DNA of 64,000 bases. Source: Pseudomonadota bacterium (GTDB lineage Bacteria > Pseudomonadota > Alphaproteobacteria > Rickettsiales > SXRF01). A model generated the notes under the pieces. It searched no databases. It saw nothing but the letters and a program-made list of their open reading frames with translations, and was not told the DNA's origin. The stretch covers positions 84,164 to 148,163 of the forward strand of contig CAUJHR010000011.1 in NCBI GenBank assembly GCA_963205195.1, written 5' to 3'. Both the position numbers and the translations under genes were made by a program. Below are positions 19,043 through 28,568 of this stretch, piece by piece; position 1 is the first letter of the stretch; each line of letters opens with the position of its first letter.

Positions 19043-20167
19043 ATGTATAAAAAAAAATATTTTCTCCCTTTCATTATAAGTTTTATCATTTTATCAGGGC
19101 ATTCAATTAGTGCCTTTGCCAGTGAAATTGTGCAATTCCAGCAAAAAAATGCTAATGAATTGGTAATTATAAATGTGCCTAACCTAGATAATCGTAAGAT
19201 CTTTACTGTGGAGAATCCTGACAGGTTGGTTATTGATGTGCCATTATTACGTATTAAGCATGGCGTATCTTTAGATGATTATAAAGGAAAGCTTATAAAG
19301 GGGATACGCTTTGCTCAGTTTGATCCTAAAACATCACGCTTTGTATTTGATTTGACTCAGGAAGTTAGGATTGAATCCGTTAAAGTTGTAAATAACGAAT
19401 TATTGGTAGAAATTGCAGATAAAAGCAGTAAAAAAAATAAAAAATCCAAAATATATAAATCCCGTAAATCAGATTTACCTCCTCTAATTGTCATAGATGC
19501 CGGGCATGGAGGGGTTGACCCTGGAACTATTGGGGAAGATGGAAGCCGTGAAAAAGATGTGGTGTTATGGTATGCAAAGGCATTAGCTAATAAATTACTG
19601 GGTATTAAAAAATACCGAGTACTACTTACACGCTCAGATGATAATTTTATTATGTTGCGTAAAAGGGTTGATATTGCCCGCAAAGCTGGTGCAAGTTTGT
19701 TCGTATCACTGCATGCCGATTCATCGGAAGAAGATGCAGCTCGCGGGCTTTCTGTTTATACTGTATCCGAAAAGGCTTCAGATAAAGAAGCGGAAGCGCT
19801 GGCTGCCCGCGAAAACAAATCGGATATTATTGGAGGAATGGATTTGTCAGATGAAAGGCCTGATGTGGCTGACATACTTATTTCTTTGGCGCAACGTGAA
19901 ACCAAAAATAACTCAGCAACATTTGCAGATTTTTTAGTAGATAGTTTAAGTGACAGGGTAAGAATGTTACCAAATTCCCACCGTTTTGCAGGATTTGCTG
20001 TCCTTAAGGCTCCAGATATACCATCTGTTCTTATTGAAATTGGCTTCCTTTCCCACCCGCAGGAAGAAAAAATGCTTAAATCAAAATCCTATCGTGATAA
20101 AGTAATTGATGGTATTACTGTCGGAATAGAATCGTATTTTCGTAAGAAATCATCAGGTATGAATTAA
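19043..20167 (+). CDS. amiC: N-acetylmuramoyl-L-alanine amidase (AMIN domain + Amidase_3)
   Basis: Signal peptide and an AMIN-like N-terminal region (..DRLVIDVP..). Amidase_3 core IVIDAGHGGVDPGTIG...SLHADS...ANLFISIH-type motifs and ..VLIEIGFLSHPQEE. Confidence 0.9.
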   Translation: MYKKKYFLPFIISFIILSGHSISAFASEIVQFQQKNANELVIINVPNLDNRKIFTVENPDRLVIDVPLLRIKHGVSLDDYKGKLIKGIRFAQFDPKTSRFVFDLTQEVRIESVKVVNNELLVEIADKSSKKNKKSKIYKSRKSDLPPLIVIDAGHGGVDPGTIGEDGSREKDVVLWYAKALANKLLGIKKYRVLLTRSDDNFIMLRKRVDIARKAGASLFVSLHADSSEEDAARGLSVYTVSEKASDKEAEALAARENKSDIIGGMDLSDERPDVADILISLAQRETKNNSATFADFLVDSLSDRVRMLPNSHRFAGFAVLKAPDIPSVLIEIGFLSHPQEEKMLKSKSYRDKVIDGITVGIESYFRKKSSGMN

Positions 20168-22782
20168 TGAATAAATTCTCAAGAGGAATTATTGCGCTTT
20201 TGGGGTGGCTGTTTTCAATAGGCTTCACTTTGTCTATAGTAGGGCTGGTAATAGGTGCAATAATGTTTACCTATTACGATAAGGATCTGCCGGATTACAG
20301 CCAGTTGGAAAAATACGACCCGGCTACATTAACAAGGCTTTATGCTGCAAATGGCAAATTGCTTGCTGAATATTCCACTGAAAAGCGAATTTTTGTGCCG
20401 CTGTCTGCTATCCCTAAATCTGTTATACATGCCTTTTTATCCGCGGAGGATAAAAATTTTTATAGCCATACAGGTATAGATTTTACCGGTTTAGGACGAG
20501 CTGTATTTAATAACATAAAAAATTATGGGCAGGGTAAATCGCTTGTCGGCGGCTCAACAATCACCCAACAGGTAGTCAAAAACTTTTTGCTAACCAGTGA
20601 AAAATCTATAGAGCGTAAAATTAAAGAAGCCATACTCGCCATGCGTATCAGCAGGGTATACAGCAAAGATAAGATTTTAGAATTATACCTTAATGAAATT
20701 TATTTGGGAATGGGGTCATATGGCGTTGCTGCTGCAGCGCAGAATTATTTTAACAAATCCCTTGATGAACTTACGGTTGAAGAGGTTGCCTTGCTCGCAA
20801 CTGAGCCTAAAGCTCCGGCAGATTATAACCCAAAGAAAAATTATGATGCTGCAAAAAGGCGCCGTGACTGGGTTATTGATCGTATGAATGAAGACGGTTA
20901 TATAACAGCAGCAGAAGCAAAAATAGCCCAGGATACACCAATAAACTTAAGAAGCCGCGATGCAACTGATACAGCACATGCAGATTTTTTTGCAGAAGAA
21001 GTAAGGCGCACATTATCTGATATGTATGGTTCAGATGTGCTTTATGGTGGCGGGCTTGTTGTGAAAACCACAGTGAATCCTGAATTGCAGAAAGAAGCTG
21101 ACAATGCACTGCAGAAAGCATTGATAGAATATGACCGCCGCAGGGGATATCGCGGGCCTATAACTCATATTGCCAGCTTGAAGGACTGGAAGAATAATCT
21201 TGCAGTTCTTTTAAAAGAACATGCCTACCAGTTACTAGATGGACAAAAGCTTGCGGTGGTTTCTTCCCTAGATGATAACAAAGCTCAAGTTTATTTCGAT
21301 GATGATAAAACTGGCATTATACCATTTTCTCTAATGAAATGGACACGCAGGGTTATAGCTGATGGTAAAATAGGGCCGGAAGTTAAAAACCCATCTGATG
21401 TCCTTAAGGTTGGCGATGTTATAATATTATCGCTGCTTACGCCTGAAGAAGAGAAAATAATAGAGCCTAAAAAAAATTCCAGCAGCAAAAAAAAGGCTGA
21501 CAATAAAAAAAATAACGATTTAAACGAACAGAAAAAGATATGGAGTTTAGGTCAGGTTCCAGAAGTTAATGGTGCTATGGTGGTGCTTGATCCTCATACA
21601 GGCCGGGTTCTAGCCATGTCTGGCGGTTATACATACGGAGGAACCGAATTTAATCGTGCAACGCAGGCTAAGCGCCAGCCAGGATCATCATTTAAACCTT
21701 TTGTTTATATGGCTGGGCTTGAAAGTGGATTTACTCCTTCTGATGTGTTTCTAGATGCACCGGTAGAGATGTCTCAAGGTGCTGGAATGTCGGCTTGGAA
21801 ACCTTCTAATTATCACGGCGATTATCTTGGGCCTACTACTATGCGTATTGGTTTGGAAAAATCGCGTAATACTATGACTGTTAGGATTGCTCAGGCTATG
21901 GGGCTTGATAAAGTACTGGAGATTGGTAAGCGCTTTGGGATATATGATGAGCCTGCACCAAATTTTTCGATTGTGCTTGGTGCGACTGAAACAACACTCA
22001 TGCGCCTTGTAAATGCTTATGGCATGATAGCAAATGGCGGCAAGAAAATTATACCTTCACTTATTGAGCGCATTGATGACAGGCATGGAAAAACCATTTT
22101 TAGGCGCGATGACAGGGTATGCAGTGAATGTAGGGTTTCTGACCTGTCTATAATAGGCCCCAATATTTCCCCGCCTGAACTTGCGGATATGCGCGAGCAG
22201 GTTGCAGATCCACGTATTATATATCAAATAACTTCTATGTTGCAGGGCGTAGCAACCAGAGGAACAGCAGCACGATCCAATGAAATAGGAAAGACAGTTG
22301 CAGGTAAAACCGGAACTACTAATGATAGTCTTGATACATGGTTTGTCGGATTTACACCTGATCTTGTTGCAGGCGTATTCGTGGGGTATGATAAACCACG
22401 AACACTTGGCAAGAGGGAAACAGGTGCATCGGTAGCGCTACCTGCCTTTATAGATTTTATGAAAAATGCATTGGCAGATGTACCTAATAAACCATTCAAA
22501 GTACCTCGTGGAATACAGCTTGTGAAAGTTGATCTACATACTGGGCTTCCTTTAGATGGAACTGAACCACCTGATTCAAAGATAATAGAGGAAGCCTTTG
22601 TTGTAGGGGATCCAGTTTTTATACCTGGCAAAACTCAATCAACCTCTCATCCTGACTCTGATGTTATTATAAACCCAGAGGATTCTAATCCTAATCCACC
22701 TCATATTATAGATAATGAGGAAGAACCTGTTATTCGAGAGCGAGCTGCCCCCCCTATGGTAGGAACCGGAGGTTTGTATTAA
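20167..22782 (+). CDS. mrcA: Penicillin-binding protein 1A (bifunctional transglycosylase/transpeptidase)
   Basis: GT51 motifs (EDKNFYSHTGID, GGSTITQQ, RKIKE) and transpeptidase motifs SSFKP, SRN and KTGTTND. Confidence 0.95.
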   Translation: MNKFSRGIIALLGWLFSIGFTLSIVGLVIGAIMFTYYDKDLPDYSQLEKYDPATLTRLYAANGKLLAEYSTEKRIFVPLSAIPKSVIHAFLSAEDKNFYSHTGIDFTGLGRAVFNNIKNYGQGKSLVGGSTITQQVVKNFLLTSEKSIERKIKEAILAMRISRVYSKDKILELYLNEIYLGMGSYGVAAAAQNYFNKSLDELTVEEVALLATEPKAPADYNPKKNYDAAKRRRDWVIDRMNEDGYITAAEAKIAQDTPINLRSRDATDTAHADFFAEEVRRTLSDMYGSDVLYGGGLVVKTTVNPELQKEADNALQKALIEYDRRRGYRGPITHIASLKDWKNNLAVLLKEHAYQLLDGQKLAVVSSLDDNKAQVYFDDDKTGIIPFSLMKWTRRVIADGKIGPEVKNPSDVLKVGDVIILSLLTPEEEKIIEPKKNSSSKKKADNKKNNDLNEQKKIWSLGQVPEVNGAMVVLDPHTGRVLAMSGGYTYGGTEFNRATQAKRQPGSSFKPFVYMAGLESGFTPSDVFLDAPVEMSQGAGMSAWKPSNYHGDYLGPTTMRIGLEKSRNTMTVRIAQAMGLDKVLEIGKRFGIYDEPAPNFSIVLGATETTLMRLVNAYGMIANGGKKIIPSLIERIDDRHGKTIFRRDDRVCSECRVSDLSIIGPNISPPELADMREQVADPRIIYQITSMLQGVATRGTAARSNEIGKTVAGKTGTTNDSLDTWFVGFTPDLVAGVFVGYDKPRTLGKRETGASVALPAFIDFMKNALADVPNKPFKVPRGIQLVKVDLHTGLPLDGTEPPDSKIIEEAFVVGDPVFIPGKTQSTSHPDSDVIINPEDSNPNPPHIIDNEEEPVIRERAAPPMVGTGGLY

Positions 22783-25266
22783 TTAATAGTTTAATATGCT
22801 TACATTAGTTGAGGTATCCCAAGGGACTAATGTGCGGCCAAATAATATATGTATACTACCAGCATCACTGGAGGCATGTTCAGAAGATATAATTAAATCA
22901 TTTTTCCCATCATTGTTAATGTCGGCAATGGTTTCCACATTCACATTCTGACTTGCTGCATCGCCATCAATTCGGAATCCCTTGCTTGTATCGCTATTTA
23001 AGGGCAGGCCAGTACCAGTTGAATCAAATACCTGACCAAATAATGTAAGTGTGCCGCTTGACCATGCTGTACTCCAGCCACCGCTAGGCTGCAATACTAC
23101 AAAGCTTGCACCAGAATTTGACAAGCTGTTGGGCCCTCCGTTTGAATCAATGGATATAATGTCTTTTTTCCCATCGCCATTTACATCGGCTATAAGCGCA
23201 CTTGTCATAGGTGAAGTGACCCAAGCTGGAATATTGCTAACTAAATCCACTCTGAAGCCATTGGTGCCATTGTAATTTGCTGCTGTTGAAAGGTCAGGAG
23301 AGGTCCAACTGGCTGCTGTCTTTCCATAATAAATATAAAAATAATTACCATTATTAAATATAATATCATTATAACCATCGTTATTCATATCTGCTACCCT
23401 AATAGTGTATCTGCCAAGGTTGCTGGTACCATTAGTGAACTTAACAGCATCTGTTACACCAGCGCTAACACGAGTATCAATATTTACTATATCTGGAGTG
23501 GCCCCAGTTGCTGCAGTGGTTTTATCGGTATCCCAGTTTGCGGCAGACTCTCCAAAAAGAACATATGCAATATTATTGGTGTAATTGCTGACTATAATAT
23601 CTTCATACGTATCGCCATTAACATCACCAGACCCTACTGCTGATATTGCTTCCAGCCTTCCGGGAGAAGTAGTGTTGATTTTAAAACCAGTAGAGGCTGC
23701 TAATAACCAGTTTGTAGTATCGGCTGTTTTTGAGCCATAAGATGCTGCACCATATATAACATAAGCAGTTGAACTTCCTGTGCCAGAGGCAGTTTTTATA
23801 AGGGCAAGTATATCTTTGTTTGTTGTATGTGCAAATTTTCCAAGTGTTATTTGTGGCGCACCACTGGCAGTAGTTGATGGAAATGTTATGATGTCAGTGA
23901 GAGAGCTGGTATTGGTATCTACCGGTGAGGCACTTCCATAAAATATTTTTATATAGCTTCCGCTTCCATCCCCATAACCTATAATGATGTCATCATATCC
24001 ATCGCCATTAATATCGCCGGACGCCAAGCTGCCGGCAAAATTAGGAAGCGAAGAATTGTCAGTTATAGTAAAGAATCTTGAACTGTTGGCAGTTGCCATA
24101 GATATAGCAGAATTTGGAGTCCAGCCTGTAGGCTTACCATATATCACTCTAATTTTAGTACCGCCAGATTTTGAGGCTATTATATCTGATATACCATCTC
24201 CATTTATATCACCATTTGTAATAGACCAGCCCAGATTTTCTGCTGCAGAACCATCAATTCTTGTTCCTATATTGCACATTTTTCCTGTGCAGCATGTGTT
24301 CTTGGTTGATTCCTGCGTCCATACAGTATCATCAAAATAGTTATTTCCAGAAACCAGGTTTGGCTCATGTCTTATTAAATATGGAGTATACGATGTGGTA
24401 AAGTCAGTAGTATTTACGTCAATAAAGGCATTGGTGCGCTCATCTTTATTGGTTGCAGCGCTATCAATCCTATTTGCAAGGCTAGAACCCTGCATTGGAA
24501 AAGCGCCATGACCATTTTTCCCATATGATATTAAAGCCCACATTGCATTATCGCTATTGTATGAACCTATATTGGCCCATGAATCCATGATTTGAATTGC
24601 ACCCGAAGTTTTAGTGGTTTGCATATTGCGACAAGTTGTTTTATCGGTTGCCCTTATATCAACCATGTAACCTATGCGCCGCCCGTAACCATCCAGCATG
24701 TAATCATCAGAAAGACCAATTGTTTTTGTGGGAACTACTCCTGCTGCAACAGTAGTAAAAGTTAATGTTCCGCTGGCACCAGTTGCATATTTATCCATTG
24801 TAATTTGAGTGGCGCTATCAACACTAATTATATGAGTATTCGCCGCAATATTAGTTCCTGTAACAAGCATACCTATAGAAAGTCCGGTTGTGTCGCTTAA
24901 GGTAGTAGCTACCGCAGATGATGATGTAGTTGTAGCACCAGTTTTAGTTACAGGGGTTGATTGAGTATAAAAATTAGCTCCAGAACAGCTTCCTGAATTA
25001 GTATCTTCTTTGCCAAAATTTACATTGGTGCTTGCTAAAGTGCCATCTGCAGGACATGGGCGCCTTAAATTGGCTGCCATAAAGCTCTGGGTGGCTATTT
25101 CTATTTTTTCCATTTTTTCACGCGTAATGCGGTTTTTTTCAATATCACTGTTTGACTCACCGCCGGGGATGACTGAGGAAAGTATTATACCGGCAACTGC
25201 TATCAGTATACTTACCTGAACGAGCGAAAAACCTTGTTTTTGCATATTTATCTTAGATTTCGCCAT
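22783..25266 (-). CDS. Prepilin-type N-terminal domain protein fused to a seven-repeat FG-GAP (integrin-alpha-like) beta-propeller region
   Basis: The N-terminus MAKSKINMQKQG/FSLVQVSILIAVAGIIL has a type IV prepilin cleavage/methylation-like motif. Residues 1 to about 330 are paralogous to the 281-aa pilin-like ORF at 56557-57402. The C-terminal ~490 aa carry seven D-x-N-x-D-G-x-x-D-(I/L)-(I/L) repeats (GDINGDGISDIIAS, GDINGDGYDDIIIG, GDVNGDTYEDIIVS, ADMNNDGYNDIIFN, ADVNGDGKKDIISI, ADINNDGKNDLIIS, plus one degenerate copy). Confidence 0.8.
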   Translation of the reverse strand: MAKSKINMQKQGFSLVQVSILIAVAGIILSSVIPGGESNSDIEKNRITREKMEKIEIATQSFMAANLRRPCPADGTLASTNVNFGKEDTNSGSCSGANFYTQSTPVTKTGATTTSSSAVATTLSDTTGLSIGMLVTGTNIAANTHIISVDSATQITMDKYATGASGTLTFTTVAAGVVPTKTIGLSDDYMLDGYGRRIGYMVDIRATDKTTCRNMQTTKTSGAIQIMDSWANIGSYNSDNAMWALISYGKNGHGAFPMQGSSLANRIDSAATNKDERTNAFIDVNTTDFTTSYTPYLIRHEPNLVSGNNYFDDTVWTQESTKNTCCTGKMCNIGTRIDGSAAENLGWSITNGDINGDGISDIIASKSGGTKIRVIYGKPTGWTPNSAISMATANSSRFFTITDNSSLPNFAGSLASGDINGDGYDDIIIGYGDGSGSYIKIFYGSASPVDTNTSSLTDIITFPSTTASGAPQITLGKFAHTTNKDILALIKTASGTGSSTAYVIYGAASYGSKTADTTNWLLAASTGFKINTTSPGRLEAISAVGSGDVNGDTYEDIIVSNYTNNIAYVLFGESAANWDTDKTTAATGATPDIVNIDTRVSAGVTDAVKFTNGTSNLGRYTIRVADMNNDGYNDIIFNNGNYFYIYYGKTAASWTSPDLSTAANYNGTNGFRVDLVSNIPAWVTSPMTSALIADVNGDGKKDIISIDSNGGPNSLSNSGASFVVLQPSGGWSTAWSSGTLTLFGQVFDSTGTGLPLNSDTSKGFRIDGDAASQNVNVETIADINNDGKNDLIISSEHASSDAGSIHILFGRTLVPWDTSTNVSILNY

Positions 25267-25355
25267 ACTGGTTTTTATGGATATTTATAAGCTTTTTTAT
25301 TGTACACTCTAAATTATTGACAAATCATTAAGAATGCTATTCTTTACACTTAGCC

Positions 25356-26472
25356 ATGAAAGCAGAAATTGAAACATTATCCAGCCAAATCAAGCAGTCA
25401 CAAGATCTGTTAAGGAGGTATCTTTGACTGGGATAATGCTTTGCGCCGCCGTGATGAGCTGAATTCTCTCTGCGAGGACCCGAATCTATGGAATAATCCT
25501 GAGAAAGCGCAAGGGTTGTTGCGCGAGAGAAATCATATTGATTCCTTGATTAACGGATATGAAAGCCTTGATTTAGAGTTTAAAGGGAACATAGAACTTG
25601 CAGAAATGGCGGAAGCTGAAAAGGACAATGCTGTCTTGGCGGAAGCGGAGAATGCACTTGTAAAGATTGCTAAGGAATTACACAAACTAGAAATTGAGAG
25701 CCTGCTTTCTGGCGAAGCTGACGCTAATGATTGTTTTCTTGAAATAAATTCTGGGGCAGGTGGTACTGAATCACAAGACTGGGCAGAAATGCTTCTACGC
25801 ATGTATACAAGATGGGCTGGAAAACGTGGTTATAAATGGGAACTGGTTGAGGAGAGCAGGGGAGAAGAAGCTGGTATAAAATCTGCAACCATAAAAATTA
25901 TGGGCCATAATGCCTATGGCTGGGCAAAAACTGAATCTGGGGTTCACCGTTTAGTGCGTATATCCCCTTTTGATTCCAATGCGCGCAGGCATACAAGTTT
26001 TGCCGGGGTTTGGGTCTATCCGGTAATAGATGATAAAATAAATATTCAGATCAATGATAAGGATATACGAGTTGATACTTACCGGGCATCAGGCTCTGGC
26101 GGGCAGCATGTTAATAAAACAGATAGCGCAGTACGTTTTACGCATATTCCAACAGGTATAGTTGCTGCCTGCCAAAGTTCGCGCAGCCAGCATGCTAATC
26201 GCGCTGAAGCTATGAATATGCTAAAGGCCAGGCTTTATGAGCGTGAACTTCGCATACGTGAAGAAAAAGCCGACGCACTTAATTCTACCAAAACTGATAA
26301 CGCATGGGGACATCAGATACGTTCATATGTATTGCACCCATACCAGATGGTAAAGGATTTACGCACAGATTATGAAACAAGCAGTACAGGAGCTGTATTG
26401 GATGGAGAAATTGACGCCTTCATGAGCGCTGCCTTAGCAGATAGAGTTAAGGGAAAGGCGGAAAGTTTATGA
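25356..26472 (+). CDS. prfB: Peptide chain release factor 2; two-frame CDS joined by a programmed +1 frameshift (25356..25424 joined to 25426..26472)
   Basis: Frame 0 encodes [23 protein letters not shown] and then hits TGA. Reading resumes in the +1 frame as [13 protein letters not shown].. The body has the SPF tripeptide (RISPFDS) and GGQ ([11 protein letters not shown]). The ORF track shows only the downstream frame, from 25441. Confidence 0.95.
25413..25428 (+). promoter_or_regulatory. prfB +1 frameshift site (internal SD + CTT TGA C)
   Basis: AGGAGG TAT CTT TGA C: an SD-like AGGAGG lies 3 nt upstream of the slippery CUU followed by UGA-C. This is essentially the canonical RF2 autoregulatory site. 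Confidence 0.9.
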
Positions 26473-27569
26473 TAAATTCATTAGGATTTAATAAGCCTGA
26501 AAAAGACACCAAAGTAGTGGTAGCCATGTCAGGTGGGGTTGACTCATCAGCTGTTGCCGCACTTTTGCACGAGCAGGGCTATCAGGTTATTGGTATCACG
26601 CTGCAGCTTTATGATCACGGAGCAATGGTAAATAAGAAAGGCGCATGCTGCGCCGGTCAGGATATACACGATGCCCGGCGTGTAAGTGAGCAATTGGGAA
26701 TTGCCCATTATATTCTAAATTATGAAAATAAATTCAAAGAAAGTGTAATGGATGATTTTGTCGATAGTTACCTTGCAGGTGAAACCCCTATACCTTGTGT
26801 GAAATGCAACCAGTCAGTTAAATTCAAGGATCTATTGCAGACAGCACGTGATTTAGGTGCTGATTGTATGGCTACAGGGCATTATGTTCAGCGTGTAGAA
26901 AATAATGGAAAAGGGCAGATGCTTCGTGCTGCTGACCCGTCACGGGATCAAAGCTATTTTCTATTTGCAACTTCACAGGAGCAGTTGGATTTTCTTCGGT
27001 TCCCACTTGGGCATTTAAAAAGCAAGGATGAAACTCGCGCACTTGCTGCTCGTTTTGGTTTACAGGTTGCAGATAAACCAGACAGCCAGGATATATGCTT
27101 TGTGCCTACAGGAGGATATGCAAAAGTTATTGAAAAATTGCGTCCAGGTGCGTTGGATAAGGGTGATATTGTTTTAACTAACGGAACAGTTATAGGAACT
27201 CATGAAGGCATTATAAATTATACAGTAGGGCAGCGTAAAGGCCTTGGGATTGCTAACAATGAACCTTTGTATGTCGTTCGCCTTGATGCAGAGAAAAAGC
27301 AGGTGATTGTTGGTGCCAAAGAAGATTTGCTGAAAAAAGAATTTATTATTCGTGAATGTAATTGGTTATCAGTAGATAGTATGGAAAAAGGCGATGTGCT
27401 GGTAAAACTGCGTTCCATGCAACAGGTAGTGCCAGCTTCTATAGTTAAACAGGAAAACGGTTATGCAAAAGTCATATTAAAAGAGCCGCAATATGCTGTT
27501 TCTCCTGGGCAAGCTTGTGTAGCTTATCATGGAGATAGACTAATTGGTGGCGGCTGGATTTCAGGCTAA
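26469..27569 (+). CDS. mnmA: tRNA 2-thiouridine(34) synthase
   Basis: PP-loop [11 protein letters not shown], catalytic Cys contexts (CVKCN..; QDICFV) and ATGHY. Confidence 0.95.
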   Translation: MINSLGFNKPEKDTKVVVAMSGGVDSSAVAALLHEQGYQVIGITLQLYDHGAMVNKKGACCAGQDIHDARRVSEQLGIAHYILNYENKFKESVMDDFVDSYLAGETPIPCVKCNQSVKFKDLLQTARDLGADCMATGHYVQRVENNGKGQMLRAADPSRDQSYFLFATSQEQLDFLRFPLGHLKSKDETRALAARFGLQVADKPDSQDICFVPTGGYAKVIEKLRPGALDKGDIVLTNGTVIGTHEGIINYTVGQRKGLGIANNEPLYVVRLDAEKKQVIVGAKEDLLKKEFIIRECNWLSVDSMEKGDVLVKLRSMQQVVPASIVKQENGYAKVILKEPQYAVSPGQACVAYHGDRLIGGGWISG

Positions 27570-28246
27570 ATCTCAAATTCCATGAATAGTGTTTTTTTGT
27601 CTTTGCCTATCCATACTTTATCTGACAAGGCTTGAATCATCATCAAACCACGGCCATTTGGAAGTTTATCATCTTCTTTATATAAAGATAAGCTAAAGCC
27701 ACTGCCCTCATCACTTATGGCAATTTTGATGGAATTATTTTTATACCATGCCCTGAGACTTATACTGGAAAACCTGTAATGGTCCAATATCAGGCGCTTC
27801 TTAATTTCTTCCTGGTAAGCGTATAAACCTTTCATTGTACGGAAGTCGCTTTGCATTTCTAAATTACCATGAAACATTGAATTCATTACAGATTCCTGAA
27901 GGCATGTAGATATCTCCATGATTTTTTTGCCATTTAAAGCAAAGCGATTATCAATTGAATTAGAAAAAATATGAGCCAAATTGCTAGTGTAACATCCTAT
28001 TGTTGAAAGGCATAGAATCAGATCTGGTAACTCATCCCATAAGTATTCAAAAGATTTTTTGTGTTTATTGTAATGATTGATTTCAATAAATGCAGAGTGT
28101 GGTAAACTAATAATTGATTCTAACGTTTCGCTTGTTTTGCGATAATTTGGAATAGAAAAAAAATACGGTTTATAAAGTAAGTTTTTTTTACTTGAGGTTA
28201 GATCCTTGCTGTAATTGGATTTGTATTTAGCAAGAGTATTCCTCAT
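27566..28246 (-). CDS. RsbW/RsbT/SpoIIAB-like serine kinase (HATPase_c_2) with a ~90-aa N-terminal extension
   Basis: N-box-like [12 protein letters not shown]1-like ISDEGSGF and G2-like [13 protein letters not shown]. It starts 9 nt downstream of the STAS gene. Confidence 0.65.
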   Translation of the reverse strand: MRNTLAKYKSNYSKDLTSSKKNLLYKPYFFSIPNYRKTSETLESIISLPHSAFIEINHYNKHKKSFEYLWDELPDLILCLSTIGCYTSNLAHIFSNSIDNRFALNGKKIMEISTCLQESVMNSMFHGNLEMQSDFRTMKGLYAYQEEIKKRLILDHYRFSSISLRAWYKNNSIKIAISDEGSGFSLSLYKEDDKLPNGRGLMMIQALSDKVWIGKDKKTLFMEFEI

Positions 28247-28255
28247 AAGCCGCTA

Positions 28256-28558
28256 TCAATTTATTGAAAATAATTGATGGAACTTAGATATATGGAATAT
28301 CTTTTCTACTTGTCCCTGAGGTGATTGTATATTCAGTTCTGTATTCCTTGCCATACATTCATCACGTAGAAGCAAAAGCATACCCATGCATGATGAATCT
28401 ATAAATGTCACATCGGAAAAATCCAATGTCATTGCTTTGATCCTGTTTTCATAAAGCAAATCAAGTATATTCTTGAATTTGTGTGTATCTGAAAATGTAA
28501 ATTGTCCGGTAAGTTTTATTGATGTAATAGAATTTGAAGAAGCTACGCTGTATTCCAT
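28256..28558 (-). CDS. STAS-domain protein (anti-sigma-factor antagonist-like)
   Basis: 100 aa. LTGQFTFSD....F..IL.......I..MTLDFSDVTFIDSSCMGMLLLL has the typical STAS topology, with the conserved Ser in the DSS position. Confidence 0.8.
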   Translation of the reverse strand: MEYSVASSNSITSIKLTGQFTFSDTHKFKNILDLLYENRIKAMTLDFSDVTFIDSSCMGMLLLLRDECMARNTELNIQSPQGQVEKIFHISKFHQLFSIN

Positions 28559-28568
28559 ATTTTTATCC

